Shown: positions 20,136 through 30,577, counted from the stretch's first letter. The stretch: DNA of 64,000 bases from a virus (IMGVR_UViG_3300014819_000001:1-64000), one strand, 5' to 3'. The notes: generated from the sequence alone by a model not told the origin. Numbers and translations are program-made.

Positions 20136-20372
20136 ATGAATCCAAGAATTAAAGAACTTATACTAGAGTCAGGTGTGGTAAACTACGAATCTGACGGCAA
20201 AATACGGGATGCTGAACGATTAGTTAGACTAGTCATAGAAGAATGCCTACTGGCCTTGGAACCAGATTGGTATGGTACAGAAATCGAATATGAGTTTGAA
20301 CAACGATTCTTTAGTCGTTGTAATGGTATTATAAAGAAACATTTTGGATTGAATAATGAAGGAACAAACTAA
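20136..20372 (+). CDS. Small hypothetical protein, paralog of 19570-19785
   Basis: Start reassigned to MNPRIKEL. Confidence 0.65.
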   Translation: MNPRIKELILESGVVNYESDGKIRDAERLVRLVIEECLLALEPDWYGTEIEYEFEQRFFSRCNGIIKKHFGLNNEGTN

Positions 20373-20733
20373 ACAATACGCACTGGCCCTGACCAGATTA
20401 ATCTATGTGGTTGGTACCATTATGACTATTGGATATCTCATATATGATAGACAACCTAAACCAGAACCTAAAATAGAAGTGGTATCACCTCCAGCAGTAG
20501 CACCGAAAGACTTTGAAGAATTGAAATTGGAACAACAGCGTCAAGAACAAGAACTCAAGCGCCTAGCCAAACAGATAGAAGAACAGGCTGCTATGGATAA
20601 GAAAATCGAACGCAAGCAGGATAATAACCTACAGGTAATGAAACGCATTTGTGAATACATTTGGGTTATCACCATAGATAAAAAGATCGCACCTCGCCAA
20701 TGCTATCCAGAATACAACTGGAGTAAGGAATGA
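20356..20733 (+). CDS. Membrane-anchored coiled-coil protein
   Basis: N-terminal TM helix followed by a Q/E/K-rich helix. Confidence 0.65.
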   Translation: MKEQTKQYALALTRLIYVVGTIMTIGYLIYDRQPKPEPKIEVVSPPAVAPKDFEELKLEQQRQEQELKRLAKQIEEQAAMDKKIERKQDNNLQVMKRICEYIWVITIDKKIAPRQCYPEYNWSKE

Positions 20734-20793
20734 TCAACTCAAAGACTAAAAATATGAAAGTTTTGGCTGTGCATAAAGAACAACATTATAAGA

Positions 20794-20822
20794 TTGACAA
20801 CAACAAAGACTCCTAGTATAAT
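20794..20822 (+). promoter_or_regulatory. Consensus sigma-70 promoter
   Basis: TTGACA-17-TATAAT. Confidence 0.85.
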
Positions 20823-21448
20823 ACTAGTATAGTAACTAACTAGGAGTTGATGATGCGTATTGTAAGTGACTACGGTTTGGTCCGTATTGTACACGACGGT
20901 GATCCCTTTAACAATGCCTACGATATTCGTGTAGAGAGCAGAGACAGCATAGATAGCGATTGGACTCTGTTTCACGGATTCAATACCTTGAGCGATGACT
21001 ATGCTTACATTAATAGCCGTGAAGCAGCCGCTCGTGCCATTAAACAAGTGGCGGCTCGTGTAGCCAACAAAATTCAAGGAGTAGTCAAATGAGTGGATAC
21101 AACTTGGTTAGACGAATCCATAGCCTAGAAGAACAGTGCCGTGAATTGGGCCTTATGATGTGCCATAGTCGAAGTGATTATATGAACCAATTTGGTGATA
21201 TAGTTGCTGTCAAGCCTCGGGATCAAGATAGTCTGCCTGTATATAGCAGAGATGCTGAACTGTTTGTTGGCACCTTGGATGCTTTGGAAAATTGGATCAA
21301 AGGCATTGAGTGGGCACGTAGGTATGACTCAATGTTATTCGGTAATGCTCACAATGATCGTAGAGTGAAGAAAGAACAGAGCCATCGCAATCATCAACTG
21401 ATCAAGACTATCAAAGGCAGTGAAGTAGAAACAAAATAAATAGTTATT

Positions 21449-22096
21449 ATGAAAAAACTACTAACAATCGTGCCCAGTAGAGGCAGAAATCTACAACATA
21501 TAGAATTTATAAAAAACTTTCAAGAAAAAAGTCGTGTTAGTGAATTATTGATTGGGTTGGATGACGATGATCAAGCCAATTATGAACGACAACCTAATGT
21601 AATGTATGAAGTCAATCCTAGGATGAGAGTGATAGGTACAACAAATAAATTGGCCAATATGTATGTAGATCAGTATGAATACTTTGGCTTTATGGGTGAT
21701 GATCATAGACCCAGAACAGATGCTTGGGACGAACTACTAATTGAAAGTATTAAAGACAAGCGATTTGGTATAGCCTATGGTGAGGACAAGGTAAAAGGCG
21801 TTATGATGCCGACTGCTGTGATCCTAAAAAGCGAAATTGTAAAGATATTGGGTTATATTGGTCCTCCTACTCAAATACACTTGTGCATTGATACCTTTTG
21901 GAAAAACTTAGGTAATGCTCTTGGTACATTAACTTGGAACCCTCATATTGTTATCGAACATATGCATCCATTAAGACGTAAAGCACCAATGGATCAAACC
22001 TATGAAGATGCATATGCTCTACAAAAACAGGATTTGAAAAGTTTTAAAAAATATATGAAACATACCTTTCCTCAAGAGCTGGCCAAATTTAAATGA
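21449..22096 (+). CDS. GT-A fold glycosyltransferase, paralog 1
   Basis: IVPSRGR, GLDDDD, FMGDDH, IEHMH. Confidence 0.75.
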   Translation: MKKLLTIVPSRGRNLQHIEFIKNFQEKSRVSELLIGLDDDDQANYERQPNVMYEVNPRMRVIGTTNKLANMYVDQYEYFGFMGDDHRPRTDAWDELLIESIKDKRFGIAYGEDKVKGVMMPTAVILKSEIVKILGYIGPPTQIHLCIDTFWKNLGNALGTLTWNPHIVIEHMHPLRRKAPMDQTYEDAYALQKQDLKSFKKYMKHTFPQELAKFK

Positions 22097-22140
22097 TTAG
22101 ATATACATCTCGCAAGAATTGGACATTAAAAAAACTATTT
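22082..22140 (+). repeat. Direct repeat of about 58 bp, copy 1 (copy 2 at 22787-22844)
   Basis: GCCAAATTTAAATGATTAGATATACATCTCG.AAGAATTGGACATTAAAAAA(A)CTATTT. Confidence 0.95.
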
Positions 22141-22148
22141 TATAAATA
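22141..22148 (+). promoter_or_regulatory. T4-type late promoter TATAAATA
   Basis: Exact motif 5 bp before the ATG at 22154; also at 28039 and 40678, and at 44999-45006 on the minus strand. Confidence 0.7.
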
Positions 22149-22153
22149 ATATT

Positions 22154-22801
22154 ATGAAAAAACTATTAACTATTATCCCTAGCAGATGGCGTAATGAAAA
22201 TCATAAGGCCTATGCACAGAACTTTTTTGAAAAGAGTCGTGTGTCTGAATTACTCATAGGGTTGGATGATGACGATGCTCATAACTATGAAAGACTTCCT
22301 AACGTATTATATGAAGTCAACCCTAGACTACGATTAGTAGGTACTACGAATCTACTGGCCAATAAGTATTGCAATGAATACGAGTATTTAGGATTTATGG
22401 GGGATGATCATAGACCTAGGACAGACGGTTGGGATGAATTGTTGATTGATTCTATCAAACATTTACCCTTTGGTATTGCCTACGGTAATGATCTAATCAA
22501 AGGTAAGAGATTACCAACTGCCGTAATATTTAATAGTGAAATAGTTAGAAGAGTTGGTTACATGGGTCCGCCAACTCTAGTGCATTTATGGATGGATAAT
22601 TTTTGGTTAGAATTGGGCAGGGCCTTAGGTAGTATTGTTTATAACCCAAATGTCATTATTGAACATTTGCATTATGTTAGGCGCAAGGCACCTTGGGACC
22701 AAACATATGTTGAAGCTAACGGTTTTAAAGAAAAGGATAGAAAACAATGGGAACTCTATATGAGAAATCAATTTCATTTAGATGTCGCCAAATTTAAATG
22801 A
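22154..22801 (+). CDS. GT-A fold glycosyltransferase, paralog 2
   Basis: Same length and motifs as 21449-22096. Confidence 0.75.
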   Translation: MKKLLTIIPSRWRNENHKAYAQNFFEKSRVSELLIGLDDDDAHNYERLPNVLYEVNPRLRLVGTTNLLANKYCNEYEYLGFMGDDHRPRTDGWDELLIDSIKHLPFGIAYGNDLIKGKRLPTAVIFNSEIVRRVGYMGPPTLVHLWMDNFWLELGRALGSIVYNPNVIIEHLHYVRRKAPWDQTYVEANGFKEKDRKQWELYMRNQFHLDVAKFK

Positions 22802-22959
22802 TTAGATATACATCTCGTAAGAATTGGACATTAAAAAACTATTTACTTAAGGTGTGGAGTGTGCTACACTATAGGAGTAGTCACGCAGCCAAACCCATAC
22901 AAGCAAAATGGCGGGCGCAGGCTCGTCGATTTGAACAGAAACATAGGAAAATATTATGA
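22798..22959 (+). CDS. 53-aa basic peptide (below the ORF-track cutoff)
   Basis: MIRYTSRKNWTLKNYLLKVW...HRKIL; overlaps both neighbours by ATGA. Confidence 0.6.
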   Translation: MIRYTSRKNWTLKNYLLKVWSVLHYRSSHAAKPIQAKWRAQARRFEQKHRKIL

Positions 22960-23573
22960 AGATTATGGTAGATCCCTTAAATGGTTGGAAGTATGACTTC
23001 CCCAAAGAATACGATCCAGATCGTGATGGCACAGATTTTTTTGCTTGGTTGTTGAAGGAAGGCTATCCACAGGAGATGATTGATCGTAGTATAAAGTTAT
23101 ATGGCGGTGAGTTCCGTTATCGTAGTTGGATTGTGGAAAAGGACTTTTAATGCGATTTCAACCTATCAGCGCACTATACCCCAGCCAATTACATCGTTGG
23201 GATCAATGGGTCGTAGAAGATACTGCTGTGAATAGTATTGGTTCTAGACCTGTCAATGCCAGCTATCGTGATGTGAATAATCCCATACACGTAGAACCTG
23301 CGGCCAAGTTATATCTTAGCCCAGAGGCTTTGGCCATACTTACACAGTCAATGAAATGAATAGCCATTTAAGAATATTGGTACAAAATGCCAGCAGGCGT
23401 ATTGATTTAACCTATCCTGGAGATGCTTATCCCACAGAGTTAGCCAGTACCATAGTCAGTGACCTATACAATGAACTAGGCAAACTCAAATGGGCAGGTG
23501 AGGATGAAGGATGGGACCGGGCCATTAAGGCGGTTAGAGAAGAACTAACCCGTAGATATGGAGTAAAGATCAA

Positions 23574-23918
23574 ATGATAGCAGGTAAAGTATGGGGCAAG
23601 ACAGAAATGTTAGAAGCCAATGGTGTATTAGAGTTTCATCGTATTGAAATAAAGAAAGGTGGAGTATGTAGTAAACACAAACACAAACACAAATGGAATG
23701 GTTTCTATGTGGAAAGAGGCTGTTTATCCGTTCGTGTATGGAAAAACAATTATGACCTAGTAGATGAAACTATATTAGGAGAAGGGCAATATACCAAAGT
23801 GGCTCCTGGAGAGTATCATCAGTTTGAGGCTCTATCAGATACAACGGCATTTGAAATATATTGGGCACAATTTGATCATGATGACATTGAAAGAGAAACA
23901 GTGGGGTTTGCCAAATGA
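23574..23918 (+). CDS. Cupin-domain protein
   Basis: KVWG, S.HKH..K.NGF.V..G, PGEYHQF. Confidence 0.8.
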   Translation: MIAGKVWGKTEMLEANGVLEFHRIEIKKGGVCSKHKHKHKWNGFYVERGCLSVRVWKNNYDLVDETILGEGQYTKVAPGEYHQFEALSDTTAFEIYWAQFDHDDIERETVGFAK

Positions 23919-24338
23919 TTGAAGCTATGTTGTTAGCCTTCCTAATTGGTCTAGCTGTGGGCTTGGTGGCTGGGTTCTTCCGAGGCATGAACTTTTGGGT
24001 CAAACAGATGGTCGAGGATCCTGATGGTATGACCAGAGTATTAAACAATATTAAGAAGGATGAAGCCAAACCCACAGGCCAAGAAGAACCTATGAAGATT
24101 GAAAAGCACGGTGATATATACTATGCTTTCGCAGACAATGGAGATTTTTTAGCACAGGCAGTTACACCTACTGAACTAATAGATCGTATTGAGAAAAGAT
24201 TTCCTGACCGTGTGTTCAAAGGTGCTCTTACCAAGGAACAGGCCAAAGATATGGGTATTATACAATAACTAATCTTACCAATATGGTTGATGTATATAAC
24301 CTAATACAGTATACTTGGTGTACTTACTAGGAGATTTT

Positions 24339-24602
24339 ATGAAACTTTTTAACCCTGAAACCAAAACCTATTCAGTATTCAAATTCCTTTACGCAGGTAA
24401 TAGCCTTACACAAACCGAAGCAGAGCAACGCTTCAACGTAAAGAACCTTCGTGCTGAAGTCAGCCGTATCCGTCAAAATGGTTATGCTGTATATGCAAAT
24501 ACTCGTAAGGGCAGTGATGTTACTGAGTATGCAATTGGCAAGCCCAGCCGTGAAATCGTAGCATTAGGCTACAAGGCAAAATCAATGGGTATCACCCTCT
24601 AA
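24339..24602 (+). CDS. Small HTH DNA-binding protein
   Basis: LTQTEAEQRFNVKNLRAEVSRIRQNGY; AGGAG RBS. Confidence 0.65.
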   Translation: MKLFNPETKTYSVFKFLYAGNSLTQTEAEQRFNVKNLRAEVSRIRQNGYAVYANTRKGSDVTEYAIGKPSREIVALGYKAKSMGITL

Positions 24603-24627
24603 TATAGATAACTAAGTTAGAGACCAT

Positions 24628-24651
24628 AGGGGCTCCGGCCCCTTTCATTTT
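24628..24651 (+). terminator. Rho-independent terminator
   Basis: AGGGGC-TCCG-GCCCCT followed by a T-rich tail. Confidence 0.7.
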
Positions 24652-25377
24652 ATGTTAAAACTATTCTATCATATCTACACAACCGATGATCAATATGGCA
24701 GTTTATTCTTTGTAGACGAACAGATCAAACGACTACAATATAGTGAACTAATTGATGAAGCCAGTTGTTTTGCAGTGATCACAGGCCCTGCAGCCAATGC
24801 TGTTTGGTACTTGGTGGATCGTAGTAGACGATTCAGAATATTAGATTATGACGAATCCCCAGTAGATCCCTTGTACGAAGGACGTACACTGAAACAAATC
24901 TATGATCTTACCACAGAGGATGATCAAATAATCTATATTCATACCAAAGGTATTAGCTATCTTTTAGGAGATAGAACATTAAACGGCCAACTCAGTGTTA
25001 GAAATTTCAAATCCATAAATGGTTGGCGTGACACTATGGAACACTATTGTATAGATCAATGGCAACAGAGATTAGCCGCTAAGTACTGGCACACACAAGG
25101 CTGTTTTCTACGTACAGATCCATGGCCTCACTATATGGGTAATATGTGGTGGGCTCAAGGTAGTTATATTCGATCATTACCAGATCCTTTGACCTTTCCA
25201 GTGAAATCATATCCAGGTATGCAATTTGCAGAAACAGCTCCAGAACGTATGAGATACGAACAATGGATATTACTAAATCCTGGAGCTCATATGGATCTAA
25301 AACCAATCCCCAAAAACAAAAATCAAGATGGATACACTAGTGAATTTACTCCGTATGAAGATGAATTAGGACTATGA
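24652..25377 (+). CDS. HTKG/GNxWW family protein 1 (glycosyltransferase-like)
   Basis: YHIYT, EGRTLK, YIHTKGIS, WR, GNMWWA. Confidence 0.65.
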   Translation: MLKLFYHIYTTDDQYGSLFFVDEQIKRLQYSELIDEASCFAVITGPAANAVWYLVDRSRRFRILDYDESPVDPLYEGRTLKQIYDLTTEDDQIIYIHTKGISYLLGDRTLNGQLSVRNFKSINGWRDTMEHYCIDQWQQRLAAKYWHTQGCFLRTDPWPHYMGNMWWAQGSYIRSLPDPLTFPVKSYPGMQFAETAPERMRYEQWILLNPGAHMDLKPIPKNKNQDGYTSEFTPYEDELGL

Positions 25378-26207
25378 TTAAAGTATACTATCATATCTAT
25401 ACAAGCCAAAATCATAGAGTTGGTATGCTAATGGTGGATAACCAAATACGCAGACTCAAACGCAGTGGATTGTTCGATCGTGCAGATGAACTCAACTGTG
25501 TGATAGTAGGACCTTATGCTGAGGATATAGCAGAACTGGTTAAGATGCATGGAAAGTTTCGTATATTAGAAACCAGTTTAGATGATAAGGAATCAGAGTT
25601 TGAAGGACGTACATTAAAGCATCTATGGCGTGATGCCAAACCAGATGATAAGATAATGTATATGCACACCAAAGGTATCAGTTATGTTACAGCAGAAAAC
25701 AAGGTAAACAATTATGTTAGTCCACGCAACCTTAGAGCAGTGAATGGCTGGCGTCAAGGCATGGAATATTTTTGTATAGATGATTGGCGATGGCAAATTA
25801 GTGGACTAGGCAAGGCCTATCAAACTGTGGGCATCATACTATTATTTTGGCCCTTTTATATGTATGGCGGTAACTTTTGGTGGGCTACTGGTAGTCATGT
25901 TAGAAAACAGGCCGAACCTATAAGTTGGCCAGGACATGACTATGAGGCTAGACAACAAGAAGATAGCATAGATACCAATCCCATGACCATAAGTCGTATG
26001 CGTCATGAACAGTGGATATTCAGCCGTCAGGACGGTAGTTATTATAGTTGTCTATTCAATATACTAGATATTCCTAAAGATGATGAATTTCACTTATGTC
26101 GTAGTTTTTGGCTTTATGAAGATGATATTACTCCTTATGTTATCAAGCAGAAATATTATCTTAAAAAACAAATACGCCATAACGAAGACCCTCCTCCTGT
26201 AGATTAA
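25374..26207 (+). CDS. HTKG/GNxWW family protein 2
   Basis: Same motif set. Confidence 0.65.
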   Translation: MIKVYYHIYTSQNHRVGMLMVDNQIRRLKRSGLFDRADELNCVIVGPYAEDIAELVKMHGKFRILETSLDDKESEFEGRTLKHLWRDAKPDDKIMYMHTKGISYVTAENKVNNYVSPRNLRAVNGWRQGMEYFCIDDWRWQISGLGKAYQTVGIILLFWPFYMYGGNFWWATGSHVRKQAEPISWPGHDYEARQQEDSIDTNPMTISRMRHEQWIFSRQDGSYYSCLFNILDIPKDDEFHLCRSFWLYEDDITPYVIKQKYYLKKQIRHNEDPPPVD

Positions 26208-26219
26208 GATACATACAAT

Positions 26220-26978
26220 ATGGCAAATAAACTATACTATCATATCTATACCAGTGCTGATGTTGTAATGAATCAGTTCTTAATAGATGATCAATTAAAA
26301 AGATTACAATGGAAAAATATTGCAGGTAATGTAGAATGCTACTGTACTATCAGTGGTTATAATGTTTTCCCTGCTCTAGACCTTGTCAATAAGCACAGAG
26401 ATTGGCTCAAAGTATTAGAATGGGAAGAAAACGATCCAGGTGGAGAATTTGAAGGACGCACATTAAAGCACTTATGGAAGGATGCTGAACCTGGTGATCG
26501 CATTTTCTATATGCACACTAAAGGTATTAGTTTTCTCAGTGGATTTAGAAATTGGGGGGACGACAGTTATAGGTTCGGACCCCGTAATGTTAAAGCCATA
26601 CACAGTTGGCGCTTGGTCATGGAAACTACTCTACTAGATGTATGGACCCAGCGTGTCAAAGAATTAGATCGTTTTGATACCATAGGCTGTTATTATTTGG
26701 ATGATCCATTTCCTCACTATATGGGCAACTTTTGGTGGGCTACTGGAGATCATATACGCAAGCTCAAACATCCATTTGACTTTTTAGTATTACCCTATCC
26801 TAATATGCACATACAAGAATGCACACCAGAACGTATTAGATACGAACAATACTTGTTCAGCGCACAGGGGTATCATATGAATGCTAGAGCTTGGCCATGG
26901 CATATTACTCCTGATCTACGAGAGCCAGGTTATAGCCCAGGCGTTAATCCTTATGAAGATGATTTTGCGGCACTATGA
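26220..26978 (+). CDS. HTKG/GNxWW family protein 3
   Basis: Same motif set. Confidence 0.65.
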   Translation: MANKLYYHIYTSADVVMNQFLIDDQLKRLQWKNIAGNVECYCTISGYNVFPALDLVNKHRDWLKVLEWEENDPGGEFEGRTLKHLWKDAEPGDRIFYMHTKGISFLSGFRNWGDDSYRFGPRNVKAIHSWRLVMETTLLDVWTQRVKELDRFDTIGCYYLDDPFPHYMGNFWWATGDHIRKLKHPFDFLVLPYPNMHIQECTPERIRYEQYLFSAQGYHMNARAWPWHITPDLREPGYSPGVNPYEDDFAAL

Positions 26979-27784
26979 TTAAACTATACTATCACATCTA
27001 TACCAGTAGTCATAAAATATTAGGACTGAGTTTTGTAGATCAACAAATGAGAAGAATCTATGTCAGTGGTATACACAGATACGCAGAACTTAATTGTCTT
27101 ATACATGGACCTTATCATAAAGAAGTAGAAGAGATAGTGCATAGATATGATAAGAATTGGCGTATATTAGAGTCTAGGCCAGATGATCCTGGTGCTCAGC
27201 GTGAATGTAGAACATTAAAATATATTCATGCAGAAACTAGGCCAGAAGATTTAATATTATTCCTACATACCAAGGGTATCGCTATACACAGTGGTGAAAA
27301 TCGTATACATGGACTTACCTTACCACGTAACCTACGTGCCGTAAATAGTTGGCGTTATGCTTTGGAATACCTCTGCATTGATGAATGGCGTAGTCGTGTT
27401 AATAGATTAAGAACACAGCCAATAGATACAGAAAGTGCCTTTATGAACTTGGAACCATATTGGAACTATTGTGGTAATATTTGGTGGAGTAAGGGCAGTC
27501 ATATTCGACAATTACCTGATCCTACTACTATGGAAGGTATAGATTTCAAAAATGCTGCTCGTAGTTGGCTATTTTGGCACAAGGGAAATCATACAAGTAT
27601 ATTTCACGTGTTGGATAAACCACGTGAAGATGGTAGAGGGGGATATGGTACATTCCGTCTACATGAAGATGATCTAATGAAATATCTAATACATCATAGA
27701 GATAGTCCTGAACATGCTAGTATTACACAACTTACTCCAGAAGCCATGCAACAATTAGAAAAGTTCTTCATTGTAAGACAATAA
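26975..27784 (+). CDS. HTKG/GNxWW family protein 4
   Basis: Same motif set. Confidence 0.65.
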   Translation: MIKLYYHIYTSSHKILGLSFVDQQMRRIYVSGIHRYAELNCLIHGPYHKEVEEIVHRYDKNWRILESRPDDPGAQRECRTLKYIHAETRPEDLILFLHTKGIAIHSGENRIHGLTLPRNLRAVNSWRYALEYLCIDEWRSRVNRLRTQPIDTESAFMNLEPYWNYCGNIWWSKGSHIRQLPDPTTMEGIDFKNAARSWLFWHKGNHTSIFHVLDKPREDGRGGYGTFRLHEDDLMKYLIHHRDSPEHASITQLTPEAMQQLEKFFIVRQ

Positions 27785-28050
27785 CTGCTAAATACCATGT
27801 GGACAAGAAAAAGAGATACGAACGTTTGGCTGCTTGGCACATATTCCAAGTCATAGAACTATGCTATCAGCAGGGTGTCACTACCACATGGCGTGACATA
27901 TATCAATTCTTACGTGTACCAGAAGCTGTCTATGAAGATGAAGAGGATTTGGATGAACGTATAATCATACAAAATGATTATGAGTTAGAACAAATGAGAT
28001 TAACTCTAGAGAGTAAATTTAACACCCATCATTAAGTTTATAAATATAAG

Positions 28051-28605
28051 ATGAGAGTAAGAGAATTTATCCTTAAAGAAAATACACAGGGTGGAGATGC
28101 TGAACTGGCTCAGAGCCAACAAATTATACAACAAACTAAACAGGCTTTCAAACAACAATTTGGTGTAGATATTAAGACTAATAGCGAACATAGAGATCGT
28201 GCTAAACAACAGGACTTATTTCAACGTGGACAACGAGGTGAACGAGGAATATTCATGCCTATAGATCCAAGTAGATATCCTGATGCCAAATACTTTCATT
28301 TGTTCAGCATGGACATAAGTCCACAGAACCTAACTCAACCACAGAGAAATTGGTTACAACAACAGGGATGGCAATTAGTACATGGTGCTAGAGATCCTGT
28401 ACATTGGCAATTTGTTGCCAAGGCACCTAAGGGTACTCCAACCACAGGACCAGCAACTACTCCTACAGGTCAGGATCCTGGTCAAGCATCATCACAGGAA
28501 CCAGAAAAGGAAGATAATCCATGGCAGGGATTAGGCAGTGGCACAGGTATGGATCTTAAAGGCCTAGCAGGTGATCTTAGAAAGTTAGTTGGATTTGGTA
28601 AATGA
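28051..28605 (+). CDS. M15-like peptidoglycan peptidase with capsid-targeting-like N-terminus
   Basis: R...Q..LF, H....D, DPVHWQ; starts MRVREFILKE; TATAAATA upstream. Confidence 0.6.
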   Translation: MRVREFILKENTQGGDAELAQSQQIIQQTKQAFKQQFGVDIKTNSEHRDRAKQQDLFQRGQRGERGIFMPIDPSRYPDAKYFHLFSMDISPQNLTQPQRNWLQQQGWQLVHGARDPVHWQFVAKAPKGTPTTGPATTPTGQDPGQASSQEPEKEDNPWQGLGSGTGMDLKGLAGDLRKLVGFGK

Positions 28606-29423
28606 TCATAGATCTACACTGTATGGTAAAGAATGAAGCTATACTATTAGAACACGTACTGCCTATTTGGAAAACCTACCCCATAAGAAATTATATATTT
28701 TACAACGATTCAAGCACAGATAATACAGAAGGTATAATATACGCAGTTTTAGGATCTAGAGCTAGAGTAATAACCAGTGATAGAAAAGAATTCAATGAAG
28801 CTGCTAACAGACAGGACATGCTGAATCAAAGCATGGATGCAGACTATGTATTGAGCATAGACAGCGATGAATTACTCACTGCTAATTTTTGGGATCATAG
28901 AGATCTAGTGTTTAATCAAAAAAACGATGTAGAATATAGAGTATACTGTTATAACCTAGCTGGCTCTTGGACTCATAGACGGACTGATCCAGCTTATAAA
29001 TCCAATTATCTTTGTATGACTGCTAGACCAAAAGATGTTGCATTAAATCTAGATCGAGCTCAATATCATACACAACGTAGATTGCCTTCTAGGGCCAGTA
29101 GGATAAAAAATATAGATGTCATAGGTAACATACACCTACAGAGCTTGAACCTCGGCTTCTATGCACTGAAACAATTATGGTATAAGCATTGGGAATATCA
29201 TAACTATCATAAATCAGTAGATAAAATCAATGCTCAATACGATAGGGTAGTACATAGACTTAAATGGCCTTGCAAGCCTTTGGCCATAGAACTAATTAAA
29301 GATTTGCATATTGATCCCACAGTATTTGATCGATTAGCAGAAGCCAAAGGATATAAACAATATATATTGAACAACCTTGTTCCTAAACTAGTTACCTTTG
29401 GCCATAAATACTTAGATGCCTAA
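28602..29423 (+). CDS. Family-2-like glycosyltransferase
   Basis: MVKNEA, NDSSTDNT, IDSDE. Confidence 0.8.
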   Translation: MIIDLHCMVKNEAILLEHVLPIWKTYPIRNYIFYNDSSTDNTEGIIYAVLGSRARVITSDRKEFNEAANRQDMLNQSMDADYVLSIDSDELLTANFWDHRDLVFNQKNDVEYRVYCYNLAGSWTHRRTDPAYKSNYLCMTARPKDVALNLDRAQYHTQRRLPSRASRIKNIDVIGNIHLQSLNLGFYALKQLWYKHWEYHNYHKSVDKINAQYDRVVHRLKWPCKPLAIELIKDLHIDPTVFDRLAEAKGYKQYILNNLVPKLVTFGHKYLDA

Positions 29424-30303
29424 ATACTGGTACACTTATCAATTAAGCTGTTATGCTCTATTGATAATATTATTATACACTACAGGTACTTTAGGTTATA
29501 TTATTGTCAGTGCCATAGCTGCTTATGGCATACTTACACACTAAGGTCTAGCTGTGAGTATATACACTAGACTTTTACACACGCAATGGTCTAGCTGTGA
29601 ATATTAACCTTAGGAGTCTGGCATGGAAATTTTTTGGTTACCTTTTATATTTTTATCCTTGATAGGTTTCTTGGCTGTCATTGTCACAGTTCTATGTGCT
29701 TATTTGGATGCTGATGAACCAGCTCGCACGGCCATTCACCATGATAAGCCATATGGTTATTGGAGGAACTTGCTATGAGCCCAGATGTTATATTTGGATT
29801 GATCGTATTGGTAGGCGTTGTCTATTTGGTTGTTAACACAATGAAGTTGAGTGGAACCAAAATGGATGATGAGATCTTAGGGCGTAAATTGCAAGATCTC
29901 CGTAAATTGAAAGATCTAAATGATCCTAAGAATGAACCCCCGTTTCACGATCAAACCAAACCAAATTAATCAGCGGAATAATTTACCCTTCAATGAACAC
30001 TAGAGCAACCGGTGAAAACTCTAGTGGTCAGGATCCTTATATGCACCGTTAACCCCGCTCAATAATTATTTACGACATTCCCACACAGACATAAACTATA
30101 CTAAAATTGATTAGAACAAAGGATAGATTTATGAATAATGATTTATTAGATATTGTAAAGCATAGCATGATAATAGGATTCTGTTTGGCCCTAATCGTTG
30201 TAGGAATGGTATTATGAACGACGACAAGCATAGTTTAGAATTTAACTTGGTTTTGGTAGGATTATTTCTCCTAGTCTGCTACTTAATACTGACAGCACCT
30301 TAG
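29416..30303 (+). other. Cluster of five membrane micropeptide ORFs
   Basis: ORFs 29416-29544, 29623-29778, 29775-29969, 30131-30217 and 30214-30303, each with a long hydrophobic stretch. Confidence 0.55.
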
Positions 30304-30480
30304 ACCTTAACCGAATAAATACTCCGCGATAGGCTTGTACCCTATCCAGGAGGCGCCTCAGCCCTGGAAATTCACGCAACGGCATAGCATTGTTTGATAT
30401 ACTGGGGCAACTCCAACTCAATTTAACCTTTATAATCTATAATGTATGTAAGATTATAACAGTATAAATTATGTTATTTG

Positions 30481-30577
30481 TAATGTTATAGGTTATATAA
30501 ATTATAATGTTATAGGTCATATAATTTATAATGTTATAGGTTATATTTTATGTAATCAATAATGTTATAGGTTATAT
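30481..30577 (+). repeat. Four 18-bp AT-rich direct repeats (iteron-like)
   Basis: TAATGTTATAGGT(T/C)ATAT at 30481, 30505, 30529 and 30560. Confidence 0.9.

Noticed and set aside
30481-30577. AT-rich repeats as a mini-CRISPR
   Set aside because: The intervening segments are only 6-13 bp and low complexity.
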